Below, piece after piece: positions 1 to 10,611 of a stretch of DNA of 54,532 nucleotides; position 1 is the first letter of the stretch, and every line of letters starts with the position of its first letter. This DNA comes from Thelocarpon superellum (taxonomy: Eukaryota). Both the position numbers and the translations under genes were made by a program. The notes beneath the pieces are model-generated. The model worked only from the letters and a program-made list of their open reading frames with translations, was not told where the DNA came from and did not search any database. The stretch is taken from positions 1 through 54,532 of the forward strand of contig JAPEUG010000077.1 in the NCBI GenBank assembly GCA_026025795.1. Direction: 5' to 3'.

Positions 1-3
1 TAC

Positions 4-229
4 CCCAATACGCACACTTCCTTCCAAAGTATCGACCCAGGTAGGGCACCAAGACCATCGTTAAGAGCAGCTCGAGCTGTTGGAGACTCTCATTCCACTG
101 TCGCTCGGCGTCCGACTCGTCCACGGCGGTACTCTCGGCCGACGACGACGACGGTGAGCTCGGCAGTGAGTCGTAGTCGTCGGAGAATGGTTGGGGGGAG
201 GGCGTTCGTAACGGCGAGCCTTCGTCCAT
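4..229 (-). CDS. MIM2: Mitochondrial outer-membrane import protein Mim2, first exon (gene runs off the window's left end)
   Basis: ATG at 229 reads MDEGSPLRTPSPQPFSDDYDSLPSSPSSSSAESTAVDESDAERQWNESLQQLELLLTMVLVPYLGRYFGRKCAYW, followed by a GTA donor at position 3. The acidic N-terminus plus W.ESLQQL.LLL.MV..P..G+YFGRK.AYW is the fungal Mim2 signature. Absent from the ORF track because there is no stop in the window. Confidence 0.88.
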
Positions 230-738
230 GATGTATGATGACGAAGCTAATTCCGAGGGTGGGTTCGACATGATGGGAGAGCTCGAAGGGATGGGAGGCG
301 AGGGTCATAAGAAGGGCTAGAATGGCAATCGGGACATATGCGAGACGACAAGTTCTCGCGTGGGCTCTACCATTTCAAGCTCTCCATTGCTTCGTGGGGT
401 GCGTGGCTTGTCCCTTGTGCTTAACCTCCGGTTCGACGGAGGTGGTGGAGCGTATGGGGACAGCGGCTGTTCATTGGTGCAATCCACCCATTTCGCCGTT
501 GCCCTATCACGGCAATGTATGACTCAGCACCGAATGTGACTGGAAACTTCGGACAGTGCTCACCTCGTCATATCGCCGCGGGCCATCTTCTCAAAGCACG
601 ACAGTGATCCAGCCAGCGTCAACCGAGTCTTGTCCAGAGTACTCAGATCCACGTCTTCCCTAAGCTCTCTGTCTGAAAAGTTACGTGAATTCCCTGCCGC
701 AGGATCTGGAGAGGTTGCACAGGGTAGCAACCGCAATC

Positions 739-1943
739 ATGGCGGACACGGTGCGTCTCCCCTGGCCTTTGTGCTTGGTGCAGATCCTGCTGGAGATCGT
801 CTACTGACACTGGTGAAAGAATGGTCCCGCGACCGCCCATCGGCCGCGGAAGTCGGTCGCATTTGAAGAAGGCGCTACGGTGGTGGACGAGAACGGCGAC
901 GTGCAAATGAGCAATGGATCGCCCGACAAATCGACTGCGCTGGCACACTCATCCCGTACGTGACCACCGATCTCGCGCGCTCGATGCGCCTTGGCCGCAC
1001 TGGCTCTTGATCTCACTCTCTCGACTAACACCGATACAGCTGGCGGAAGCGTGGACGGGGCGAACGACGGCGTGGACAAAGAAGTCGACGAAGTGACGGC
1101 CATGTTCGACGGCATGACGAAGAAAAAGAAGCCGAAGAAGTCCAAGGACGACAAGAAGGACGAGGCGGGCGATGATGCGGTCGCAGCGGCAGACGGAGAG
1201 TTTGACCCGAGCACGCTCAAAAAGAAGAAGAAGAAGAAAACGACCAAGACGGCGGCGGAGGGCGACAATTTCGAGGCGAAGCTGGCCGAGGCGGGTGTTG
1301 GCACAACGGACGGAGGAGAAGAGGAGGCCGCTGGAGACAGCGAGGTCGTGGAGGGTGGCGACTTGGAAAAGGGGACGGGCATCTGGGCCCACGGTTCGAC
1401 GCAGCCCATCAGCTACGCCAACCTTCTCTCACGCTTCTTCACCCTACTCCACTCGCATCATCCCGACCTCGCCTCTTCGGGGTCCAAGAGCTACAAGATC
1501 CCGCCGCCCCAGTGCCTCCGCGAAGGCAACAAGAAGACCATCTTCGCCAACATTGCGGAGATTTGCAAGCGCATGAAGCGAAGCGACGAGCACGTCACGC
1601 AGTTCTTGTTTGCAGAGCTGGGGACGAGCGGCAGTGTGGACGGTAGTCGACGCCTGGTCATCAAGGGTCGCTACCAGCAGAAGCAGATTGAGAACGTGCT
1701 GCGGAGATATATCGGTAAGTGATCCTGCGACGATGTGCTGGGCATGCAGCACGAAGCTGACTGAGTCCAGTGGAATACGTCACGTGCAAGACCTGCCGGT
1801 CGCCAGACACGGAACTGAGCAAGGGAGAGAATCGTCTATATTTTGTCACGTGCAATTCCTGCGGTAGTCGACGAAGTGTCACGGCCATCAAGGCTGGTTT
1901 CACGGCGCAAATTGGCAAGCGACGACGACAGCAGCAGGGGTGA
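739..1943 (+). CDS. SUI3: Translation initiation factor eIF2 beta subunit
   Basis: Exons 739-750, 820-955, 1040-1714, 1771-1943 with canonical donors and branch sites. Poly-Lys boxes, eIF2B/eIF5 domain ([40 protein letters not shown]) and C4 zinc ribbon (CKTC...CNSC). Confidence 0.96.
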
Positions 1944-2778
1944 TAGGGTATGGGGTGATGGGCATACCAAAGCATGACGTGATGATGCTTGTCCAAGGAC
2001 ATTTGCATCCGATGGAGGGGACTGGAAGAGATATGAGATGTGAGATGTGAGAGGTGAGGAGTGCATGAGAATACTTGTCACGCCTCGGTTCATGCGGTAG
2101 TTTCTCCCTTTCTTACGAGTAGTCCGGACAAGAATGGAGGTCAATGACTACTGGAGCTACACTCGACGTGTGTGGGTGTGTCTGCGGTTACTCTTGGTGT
2201 ACGTCTATCAGTACTGCTTTCCCGCAGCTACACCCATCGATCTTCGTCCGGTCGGATTCAAGCTGAGAAATGGAGTGAAAGCGTGTAGTGGACCAAGTGA
2301 TGAAATCAGGCATCATCAATGAGCCAACCGTGTGCCGTCGGCACGCCCGGCTTTGGCCCGGTACGTCGTGTGGTGTTTTGCGGTGCGTTGCGGTGCGGTC
2401 GTAAGCGCGCGAGTCTTTAAATAGGTCCCCGTAGCAGGGTGATGGTGCTTGCACCCCGCCATGCCAATGATCGCTTCAAGCTCGGGCGCCGCGTCGGCCA
2501 ATCCCATGTCTGCCCCACTCGTTGCCAACCCTTTCGTAGCCGCCGTCCCGTTGCCCTGGGCCGCAGGTCAGCAAGCATTGACGACGACGCATCGTGGCAT
2601 TAGCTGCACGTGTACGTGTGCCTGTGCCTGTACCAGTGGAAGAGAGTGCTCGTATATAATCTGCTCAAGTAGCCAGCTCGGAGGTTTGGCCGCCATCGAC
2701 TCGCCATAATCCACGCGGGTTGTCACGCTGCCCCTCACCACCAGTGTTCGTTTGTAATATCCCGTCGACGCCGCCACG

Positions 2779-4174
2779 ATGTCGGGACCTCCGCCAAACT
2801 ACAGCCATGGAGGAAGTGTCCCACCCCCTCCACCAACCGAAGGATCCTTTTTTCCTCGTTCGTATCCCCTGGCACCTTGAAGAGCGTGAGCGTGAGCGCG
2901 AGCTAAGTGATGATGATCAGCCCCTCCCTCCGAGCCCAACCATGCACAATCAGGTACGGGCTAGGGTCACATCTTCCAACCGCCATCGATTCACGTACGA
3001 TTCGACCCGTGTTGACACATTGAGCAGGTCAATACTTCCCTCCTCCCCCTCCGATCTCCCCACCTCCAAATGGTAGTGGTAAATTCGCGCCTCCGCCCAT
3101 GGCACCGCACCGAGCATCATATCAGTCGGACCCTAGTCAACAGCCTCCGCCGTCCGGTGGATACGTGGGCGGTCACCCCGGAATGGCCGGACATGTCGAG
3201 GAGCAGGAGGCGGCGCTGAATGATGATGTGGACGAAGACCTGCCCGGTGGAGCACCGGCGGCGGGCCATTTCGTCGGCGCCCAGGCCACGCAAGACGACG
3301 TGGGCACCTTCAACGGCGGCAGTTATCGCATCAGTCATCGCGACACCAACACCATCATCACGATCCAACTCGCCTTTGGATGTCCTCTGACCGTCAAGCC
3401 TAGTGAGTCTCTCCACCGTCCCGCAGTGAGAACATTCCACTAAAGCCATATAGCCCTCATGATCGCCATGTCGCCGACCATGACGGTCAAGGGAGCGTTC
3501 AAGTTCTCGATGAAGAAGCTCCTGATTGGCGGCGAGATGGCTCACTCGACCTTTACCGGACCGGGCGAGCTGCTGCTGGCGCCCAACTCGCTCGGGGACG
3601 CGACGACGCTGCATCTGACGGGCGACGACGTGTGGAACGTGGGACGCGACGCCTTTGTCGCCTGCACGCAGGGCGTGGTCAAGGAATACAAGCGCCAGGG
3701 CATCGGCAAGGCCATCTTCTCGGGTGAGGGCATGTTCATCTACAAGATTTCCGGGGTGGGGTTGATGTGGATCACGAGCTTCGGGTCCATCATTCGAAAG
3801 GATGTACGTGTACCGGATTGGGCCCGATGGTGGTCTGGCATGGCGGGACTGACCGAGACAGCTCCAACCGGAGGAGAAGTACCTCGTGGACAACGGGCAC
3901 CTGGTGGCGTGGAACTGCAAGTACATTCTGGAGCGGGTGGCGAGTGGCGGAATCATCTCCAACATGTCATCTGGGGAAGGGCTAGTGTGTAAATTCACGG
4001 GTGAGCCAGGACTCCATTCTCATGCTGTTCCATGCCGCTCCATGCGAGAAGAACGGGCCGTGAGCTGACATGACGTTGGCTCGTGATACAGGACCAGGAA
4101 CTGTCTTCATCCAGACGCGCAACCCGGCGGCGTTTGCGGCTTGGATGGCTCTTCATGCCGGTGTGACGGGGTGA
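2779..4174 (+). CDS. AIM24: AIM24/DUF124 family protein with a Pro-rich N-terminal extension
   Basis: Six exons joined through GTTCGT, GTACGG, GTGAGT, GTACGT and GTGAGC donors. Motifs [66 protein letters not shown]. The two short 5' exons are less certain than the core. Confidence 0.88.
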
Positions 4175-4456
4175 TGCTTTCCACCTCCGTTCTTTTCTTT
4201 CTTCTTCCCTTCCTTCATCATGTCGCTTGGAGAATGGTATCGAAAGGGATTTCATGATTGGAGACGTGAGTCGGTGAATGTGTGGGGGGTGAATTGAGCA
4301 ATGAAAGGGGAGTGAAGCCGACATGCTCATGTGGAACTAAGAAATTGGATATCAAATGAGACCATGTTTCAATGATTTGACTAGCCAGCTCAAATTAGAC
4401 CTCTCCCAAGAAGATTCATACTCACATCACATCATGCAGCAAGGGTCACGAGATCT

Positions 4457-5851
4457 TCACTGCTGAATGGGAGGGAAAAGAAAGACCCCGTCGGTCGAGA
4501 CGAGCAACCCAAGCTCCGATCTGATCTTTTCGCCACCCGTGCGCGGGTTCCCGGATGATGCGACGGGGGGCTTGATTGTTGCTTCGACTGCTGCGTGGAA
4601 CATTGTTCCTTTTGCCCCCTTTCCCTTCTCCGTCTGTGTCTCTGTCTCTCTCTCGCTGTTCTTGCTTCCTTGCGGTTTAGGATCTTCCTCTCGTCCTCGT
4701 TCTCGTTCACGCTCCAGACGACGCATCTCCAAGGCCTCAGAGGCGCTGATGCCCTTTTCGAATTTCGGGACCGGGGGACGTGACAGGTTGATCTCGACCA
4801 CATTGACGGGCTGTGCGCGCGCATGCAAGACGTGAGTCGAGCGTCGGAATGGATTGGCGTTGTTGTACATTGTGCCAGGCTCGATGTTGGGAGACGTGGA
4901 TGCACCCGGTCCACCGCCAGGGGTAGGAGAGAAAGTGGAGCTGGAGATGGAGCTGGAGCTGGAGCTGGAGCAAGTGGTGAGAACCACATCACATCCGAAT
5001 ATAGAACACACTTCTCCCAGAGCCCTGAGAAGCACCGTCTGGCCTGTCACAGTCCCCTTCTCTCGCTTGCTTGTCCCCCCATCTTCACCGCTCTCCCTGC
5101 TCACGTTCATCTGGTGACGGTCCTGATACGTAAACGCAGACAGACTGTCGACCACGATTGCCGCCAGGTTGCGCGCGTGGGAATGCCGCGCTGACGGGTC
5201 CCCGAAGAGATAGGCAGGCAGAGCGGCAATCGTGGCGTGTAGCTCGGCCGTCGACGTGGGCCGAAAGACGTGCACGTGTCGTAGGGCTGCTTGTGTTATC
5301 TGAGCTCGCTCTATGGCGCTGAGAGGGGCAGGTGAGGGTGAAGATGAAGATGACGATGAAGATGATGAGGATAACGATGAGGAAGCGAGCTGGCTATGCA
5401 TAATCTCCCGCAGACGCCTGGCAGAAAAGCGTCCATCGCTATCCAAGACCACGACTGCACCACCTTGCCCATCCGGGATGGGGCGGGGTAGCACGCTCGT
5501 GCTGATCAAATGGTACACCATTTGCGTCTTGCCGCTGCATGAGGGCCCGGTGATGGAAAACAGAGAGGGGGAGGAGCGGGAAAGGCAAGATAGATGATGG
5601 TGGTGGTGGCGGTGGTGAGAGGTGACGTCTTGCCCCTGAGCCGCACCATCATTGCGTGAGACCCGCCGCCCCTCGAGCCCGGGAATCAACGACCGTAGAG
5701 ACTCTCGAGGATGGAGAGCCCGAAGGCTGGGGAGGAACTGGTCAAAGTCAGCAACACTATGTATAATCGGACGAACGGGCCCATCCACCTCATCAAGCCC
5801 TTCTTCCCGCACTTCACTCAACAGTCTCTCGCCTAGACATTCGGCACTCAT
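4457..5851 (-). CDS. Rad51 paralog, XRCC2-like DNA repair protein
   Basis: Walker A GPSCSGKT, LDSDGRFSARRL, LRHVHVFRPTS, Walker B IVVDSLSAF. N-terminal MSAE.LGERLL.EV.EEGLDE is typical of fungal XRCC2. A probable 51-nt in-frame intron (GTGGAT...GCTGAC...CAG) follows GLDE. Confidence 0.82.
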   Translation of the reverse strand: MSAECLGERLLSEVREEGLDEVDGPVRPIIHSVADFDQFLPSLRALHPRESLRSLIPGLEGRRVSRNDGAAQGQDVTSHHRHHHHHLSCLSRSSPSLFSITGPSCSGKTQMVYHLISTSVLPRPIPDGQGGAVVVLDSDGRFSARRLREIMHSQLASSSLSSSSSSSSSSSPSPAPLSAIERAQITQAALRHVHVFRPTSTAELHATIAALPAYLFGDPSARHSHARNLAAIVVDSLSAFTYQDRHQMNVSRESGEDGGTSKREKGTVTGQTVLLRALGEVCSIFGCDVVLTTCSSSSSSSISSSTFSPTPGGGPGASTSPNIEPGTMYNNANPFRRSTHVLHARAQPVNVVEINLSRPPVPKFEKGISASEALEMRRLERERERGREEDPKPQGSKNSERETETQTEKGKGAKGTMFHAAVEATIKPPVASSGNPRTGGEKIRSELGLLVSTDGVFLFPPIQQ

Positions 5852-6011
5852 TGCGTAGGTCGGGCTCCTTCATCTTCCAGCTCTCGTTTCCCGGCCCCAA
5901 CGTTCGTGGAGCCCCGTATCGGATATTCTCTCTTCCACTACTACAACTTTCAACCGGCTCGTTTACCCTCGGTCAGGTCGGGCTGCGTGGATACCACCAC
6001 CCTATCTTCCT

Positions 6012-6339
6012 ATGGCACCTCCAATCGAGGTCTTTCCCGCCTCCGAACTACCCGAACGAATCCAAAGGACGGTGGACAACAAGCGAAGAAAAGAAAAGAT
6101 CGACCTGAGTAATTGTCGGTTGTTGGAGATGATGCAGTATCGTTGCATGCCTGACATGACCGATCGAACGATCAAGTGTCGCGAGGTGCAGCGACTGTTT
6201 CGGAGGTGAGTGCGAGTTCAAGCATCTCTACCTCGAGCCCTTCGTTGGTCTGCGTTCTTACGCTTGCGGCGCTAGATGCTCCGATGGCTTGATGGTGGAG
6301 ACGACGGCGTGGGAAGGGAATGGAGAAGATGTTGGATGA
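6012..6339 (+). CDS. SOM1: Mitochondrial inner-membrane peptidase accessory subunit Som1
   Basis: Exons 6012-6205 and 6276-6339 give MAPPIEVF...IDLSNCRLLEMMQYRC...CREVQRLFRRCSDGLMVETTAWEG, the Som1 cysteine pattern and VETTAWE motif. Confidence 0.85.
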
Positions 6340-6493
6340 GGCCAGGAAATACATGTCAGAGTCTCACGACCCCGGTGTGTGACCATTGTCATGTTGCATT
6401 ATAAAGCTCGACACCCTACGATACAGAAGTCCCTTCCCCAACGCCATCGCTAGGTGGAAAGTACAAAGAACCAAAATCCCAATGATAATCCTC

Positions 6494-7541
6494 CTACCTG
6501 GAATGACCCAGGCTTGGGTCCAACTCATCAGGGTCCACCTCGTTCGCCCGATGGCCCCGCGATGGCCCCTTGCGCCAAAAGGATCTCTCCGCATTGACGA
6601 TCCCCATCATCTCGCCACGAGCCGGCGGACTTGCATCATCCGTCCCGTCAAGCTCCATCGCGATGCTTGCCCCTGTGGTGCGTCGTTCCTTGGTCATCGC
6701 ATCCATCGTCTGCTCCCAGAGCTCCTCTCGGTCTCGGCGCGATTGAATGCTGGCGCCATCCCCCAGTTTCCCTCCGCCTACCCGCTTGTGGGATGCGCCG
6801 GCCGCGAGGAGTCGCCGCAGCGCTTCTTCGCCCAGTCTGCCCTCCTCCGTCACCCGCTCGCGGATCCGTCGGGGATCCTCCTCCCGTGCAAAGAACGCCG
6901 CCGTCGCTTTGTACGTGTGTTCGCCGGGAAGTGGAGGAAAGTGTGAGGGAACGTAGGCAGATGCTCTCGTCTTCTCGCCGCCGTTCGAAGACGAGACAAA
7001 CGCGAGAGAGTGCGACGAAGTCTGCTCGGGCGGCGGTGAAGGAATGCGTGGCCAGGCTACTGATGGCGGGGTCGTGTTCCGGAGATGCGGCTGAAGATCT
7101 CGGTAGGAGAGCCGGTCTCGTTGAAGAGCGTAGGCATAGTCTTGTGGGATCGGCTGCACGCGACGACTCGACAGCATCGAGCGCGACACGGCCGAGGTGA
7201 GACGTAGGAGATCTGTTCTCATCCATCAGTACCCTGCATCTCCATTTCACTCCGCCGCGCATGGACCCACACTCATCGACCGCTGCGCGGAGGCTCTCCA
7301 GCGCCGCGGTATCGGCTCCTTCAAAGCCGGCGCTCTGCAAAGCCAGGCCCAGGGAACGTAAGAGCATCGATTGCGCCACCTCGTTGTCGAGGGGAGCCGC
7401 AGACTGCGATGGCGGCCGGTTCTGGATGCGATGGTGGTGTGAGATGGTCCGTCGTTGTCGCTTCAGCGCCCGCGCTGAGCCCTCATCGGAGGGCGATGGC
7501 CGCTTGAGCGAGTGCGACGTGCTCGCGGAGAGAGAAGCCAT
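6494..7541 (-). CDS. TAF8: TFIID subunit TAF8 (bromodomain-associated histone fold plus TAF8_C)
   Basis: Exons 7541-7271 and 7212-6494 (intron GTGGGT...TACTGAT...CAG). Histone fold LLRSLGLALQSAGFEGADTAALESLR, SSRRVQPIPQD, and TAF8_C YVPSHFPPLPGEHTYKAT...EEGRLGEEALRRL. Confidence 0.9.
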
Positions 7542-7992
7542 CGTTGACGCCAGGACAGGTGGATGGGAGAGAAGGATGGACACCCGGCAGACCTGTGATC
7601 ATGATGAGCGCAAGCGGGAGCGAGGGCTCTATTGATGAAGCGCACACCGTGCGACACAGTTACAGCGAATGGCGTTATGAAAGCTGGTGAATTAGGTGAG
7701 GATGTTGCCGCACTGCGCGAGGGTGGTGATTGGGCGGCAGGGCGACGGAGCGACGGAGCGAGCTCGTGGATGGGACGCAGATGGCAGTTGTTCACTAGCG
7801 AGCAGGCATTCGGATTGGGTCTGGCGTGCTTGTCGGTCGCGCATGAGCAACTTCAAAGTCCAAGTCCCAGCTACCGACACTGGCCGATACACCCGATCAT
7901 CTCACCTCAACCCATCACCAACCTCTACCCTTCATCTCACTCCATCACTACCCTCACGCCTGACTTCAACCACCCTGTCGCCTGTCGGCACA

Positions 7993-8522
7993 ATGCCTAT
8001 CAAGCCCATCACTGGTGTAAGTGCACGGATCTTGCTGCTCTGATGCCGTTGGCGCGTCGGGCCCCGTGACAGCAGCTACCACAGCTCGTAAAAACACCCG
8101 CTGACTCATGGCCCCTACAGATGCTCCGAAGGGGCCTGGTACTTGACTTGAGCGTTGCTTTCGGTATGTCGCATTTTGCACACATGGTCCGAATCTCCAA
8201 TGCCGGATGATCAGTGCTCTGGACTATGCCGGTCTTTGAGGGTCAAGTCATCTGAACCCCGAGGACCGGAGATCTTCACGTGTCGTTGGCATTTGCCGTA
8301 CCACGCGTAGCAGAGGAGCTAACGAAGAACCTCCAGGCCTTGGAACGTCCTTTGGTTACCTCTGGTGGTACGGTACGTGATGATCGATTCAGCCGCACCA
8401 GCCCGTGATAGACCTACCCAGCTGACCCCCACCCCCCCCCAGGCTATCATGTCCCAGCCGTTCGACGACGAGACGTCTTCTATGCAAAACTGGAGGATGA
8501 ACGGGCTGCGAATGCCTCATAG
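7993..8522 (+). CDS. COX9: Cytochrome c oxidase subunit VIIa (Cox9)
   Basis: Four small exons 7993-8016, 8121-8163, 8337-8372, 8443-8522 give MPIKPITGMLRRGLVLDLSVAFGLGTSFGYLWWYGYHVPAVRRRDVFYAKLEDERAANAS. Not recoverable from the ORF track. Confidence 0.93.
8180..8283 (+). ncRNA. Candidate structured intronic RNA in COX9 intron 2 (snoRNA-like or regulatory; class unknown)
   Basis: The intron is long (173 nt). It holds a 17-bp hairpin 8229-8245/8253-8269 with 15 pairs, a small hairpin CCGGA/TCTGG, enclosing stems ATCTCC/GGAGAT and ACACATGG/TCACGTGT, and GATGA and CTGA box-like words. Confidence 0.35.
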
Positions 8523-8909
8523 CTGAGAAGAGGAGGAGAGGCGATGGGGATGGAGCGCGGAGCGTGGATGGTAGAGGTTGCTTGAAAGGCGTTTTGCATT
8601 GAAAGACATCCTCGCCAGCCGCTATATTGTACCAGTACAGCAGAACCTTGGGCCCTCCGATTTGAGCTGTCTACCTAGGGAAAGCATATCTCCAAGGCCC
8701 TGGCCCGGTGGGTGTATGCGATGACAACTGGGGGACCATCATTTTCAGTCGTGTAGCGACCGACACCTCAGCCCGACCGCTAGTTTGACCGTTGTCACAT
8801 CGAAATCGGCATTGGATGGGCAAAGCAGGGCTTCATTCTGCCTATTGAGAGCGTCTATAGCTGTCGACATGATCCGTCCATTGAGAGGCTGTCAAGACGC
8901 TGAGTTACC

Positions 8910-9118
8910 AAACCCTAATTCGCCCAACAGGGTCGGCAATATCCCAAACCAACGAGTCACGGAGACTGACAATGATAGCATTGCCTTCGAAGGAACGACG
9001 TTTCGGTGATGAAAAATTAGATGTCAGGGAAGTCTGCCTCAGCTGTCCTCATAGGGCCCGCACCAAGCTCTCACATCACGGTTAGGTAAGCGAGGACTGC
9101 GATCAACTAGTAGGGTTT
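8910..9118. promoter_or_regulatory. Two telo-box-like elements (AAACCCTA / TAGGGTTT) upstream of the ribosomal RACK1 gene
   Basis: AAACCCTAA at 8910-8918 and TAGGGTTT at 9111-9118 lie in opposite orientations. An RRPE-like TGAAAAATT lies near 9010. Function is inferred from position only. Confidence 0.3.
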
Positions 9119-9330
9119 ACTGCTTGTGCGCCCCCTCCAAAAATTGAATACTTCTCCACGAAGACCAAGTGAACATTGAAACCAGGGTCCTGACCCTGAG
9201 AGGACACTTGCACCTTTTCGAGTGAGTTTCGTTTTCCATGGAACTTTGAGAACCTCAAATCATGCATCACTCGAGATCACACCGCTTGAACCCGGGGCTG
9301 ACTATCCAGGAGTAACATCAGTCGCCCAAG

Positions 9331-10611
9331 ATGGCCGAACAACTGATCTTGAAAGGGTCGCTGGAGGGGCACAGTGGATGGGTGACAAGCTTGGCCACGA
9401 CGATGGAGAAGTAGGCCGAAAGGAAGCCCTGTCATCCAGATCGGCGCTGACCTCACCTAGCCCCAATATGCTCCTCTCGTCAAGTCGCGACAAGACCCTG
9501 ATCATCTGGAACCTCACCCGCGACGAGACGTCATATGGATACCCCAAGCGAAGTCTCCACGGCCACTCACACATCGTCTCCGACTGCGTCATTTCCTCGG
9601 ATGGTGCCTATGCGCTCTCGGCCTCGTGGGACAAGACGCTGCGTTTATGGGAGCTGGCGACGGGCGTGACCACCCGACGATTCGTCGGCCACACCAACGA
9701 CGTGCTGTCCGTCTCCTTCTCCGCCGACAACCGCCAGATTGTTTCCGGATCGCGCGACCGAACGATCAAGCTCTGGAACACGCTGGGCGACTGCAAATTT
9801 ACCATCACCGACAAGGGCCACACCGAGTGGGTGTCGTGCGTGCGATTCAGCCCCAACCCGCAGAATCCCGTCATCGTCAGCGCCGGATGGGACAAGCTCG
9901 TCAAGGTACGTGGTGCTGTGAGATTTCTTGTGTCGTGGAGGGTCACAAGATGCTTTGCACAATTTTATTAGTATTTGCTACTTCAGAGCTTGGGCAACCA
10001 AGCGATGAGACCAAACACGCTCTGTTACTGATGACCGACCGACCTGCCCGACTTGCGCCATGACCCATCTCCCCAGTGAATTGATGCTAACGAGGACCTC
10101 AAGGTGTGGGAGCTCGCATCGTGCCGGATCCAGACGGACCACATTGGGCACACGGGGTACATCAACACGGTGACGATCTCGCCGGACGGATCGCTGTGCG
10201 CGTCGGGTGGCAAGGACGGGACGACGATGCTGTGGGACTTGAACGAGTCGAAGCACCTGTACTCGCTCAACGCCGGCGACGAGATCCACGCGCTCGTCTT
10301 CTCGCCGAACCGGTACTGGCTGTGCGCGGCGACGGCCAGCAGCATCATCATCTTCGATCTGGAGAAGAAGAGCAAGGTCGACGAGTTGAAGCCTGATTTC
10401 ATCAGCGAGGGCAAGAAGAGCCGTGATCCCGAATGTGTCAGTCTGGCCTGGAGTGCCGATGGCCAGACTCTCTTCGCTGGTATGTTCAGCCACCTCCTCT
10501 CTTGCTTGTTCCTACCGCGGTCATCGAGAACGGAGCGAGACTGACCCTGTGCCAACATCAGGTTACACCGACAATATCATTCGTGCTTGGGGCGTCATGT
10601 CCCGTGCATAG
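9331..10611 (+). CDS. ASC1: RACK1 / G-beta-like 40S ribosomal WD40 protein (Asc1/CpcB/Cpc-2)
   Basis: Exons 9331-9410, 9461-9905, 10104-10479, 10562-10611. Reads [23 protein letters not shown]...[38 protein letters not shown]...[12 protein letters not shown]...[16 protein letters not shown] probable 5'-UTR intron lies at 9222-9309. Confidence 0.98.
9941..10036 (+). ncRNA. U24: Box C/D snoRNA U24 (snR24) in the large ASC1 intron
   Basis: U24 is known to be hosted in ASC1/cpcB introns. Visible elements: terminal stem GGTCA/TGACC, guide TATTTGCTACT (complementary to 25S AGUAGCAAAUA), D' CAGA, GNRA-capped hairpin GCTTGG-GCAA-CCAAGC, C' GATGAGA, and D box CTGA at 10028-10031. The C box is degenerate (AAGATGC). 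Confidence 0.88.

Noticed and set aside
90..308. 72-aa minus-strand ORF from the track
   Set aside because: It overlaps the Mim2 exon in another frame and has no recognisable motif.
4940..5615. (GAGCTG)n, (GAT/GAA)n and (GGT)n tracts
   Set aside because: They encode poly-Ser and poly-His linkers in the XRCC2-like gene and are ordinary coding microsatellites.
8229..8269. COX9 intron hairpin as a SECIS element or TPP riboswitch
   Set aside because: It is intronic, the upper stem is too short for SECIS, the gene has no in-frame UGA, and the TPP core motifs (CUGAGA, CUGAU...AAU..CAGCG) are absent.
8628..8637. TGTACCAGTA Puf-like element in the COX9 3'-UTR
   Set aside because: A single short degenerate match cannot be supported without conservation data.
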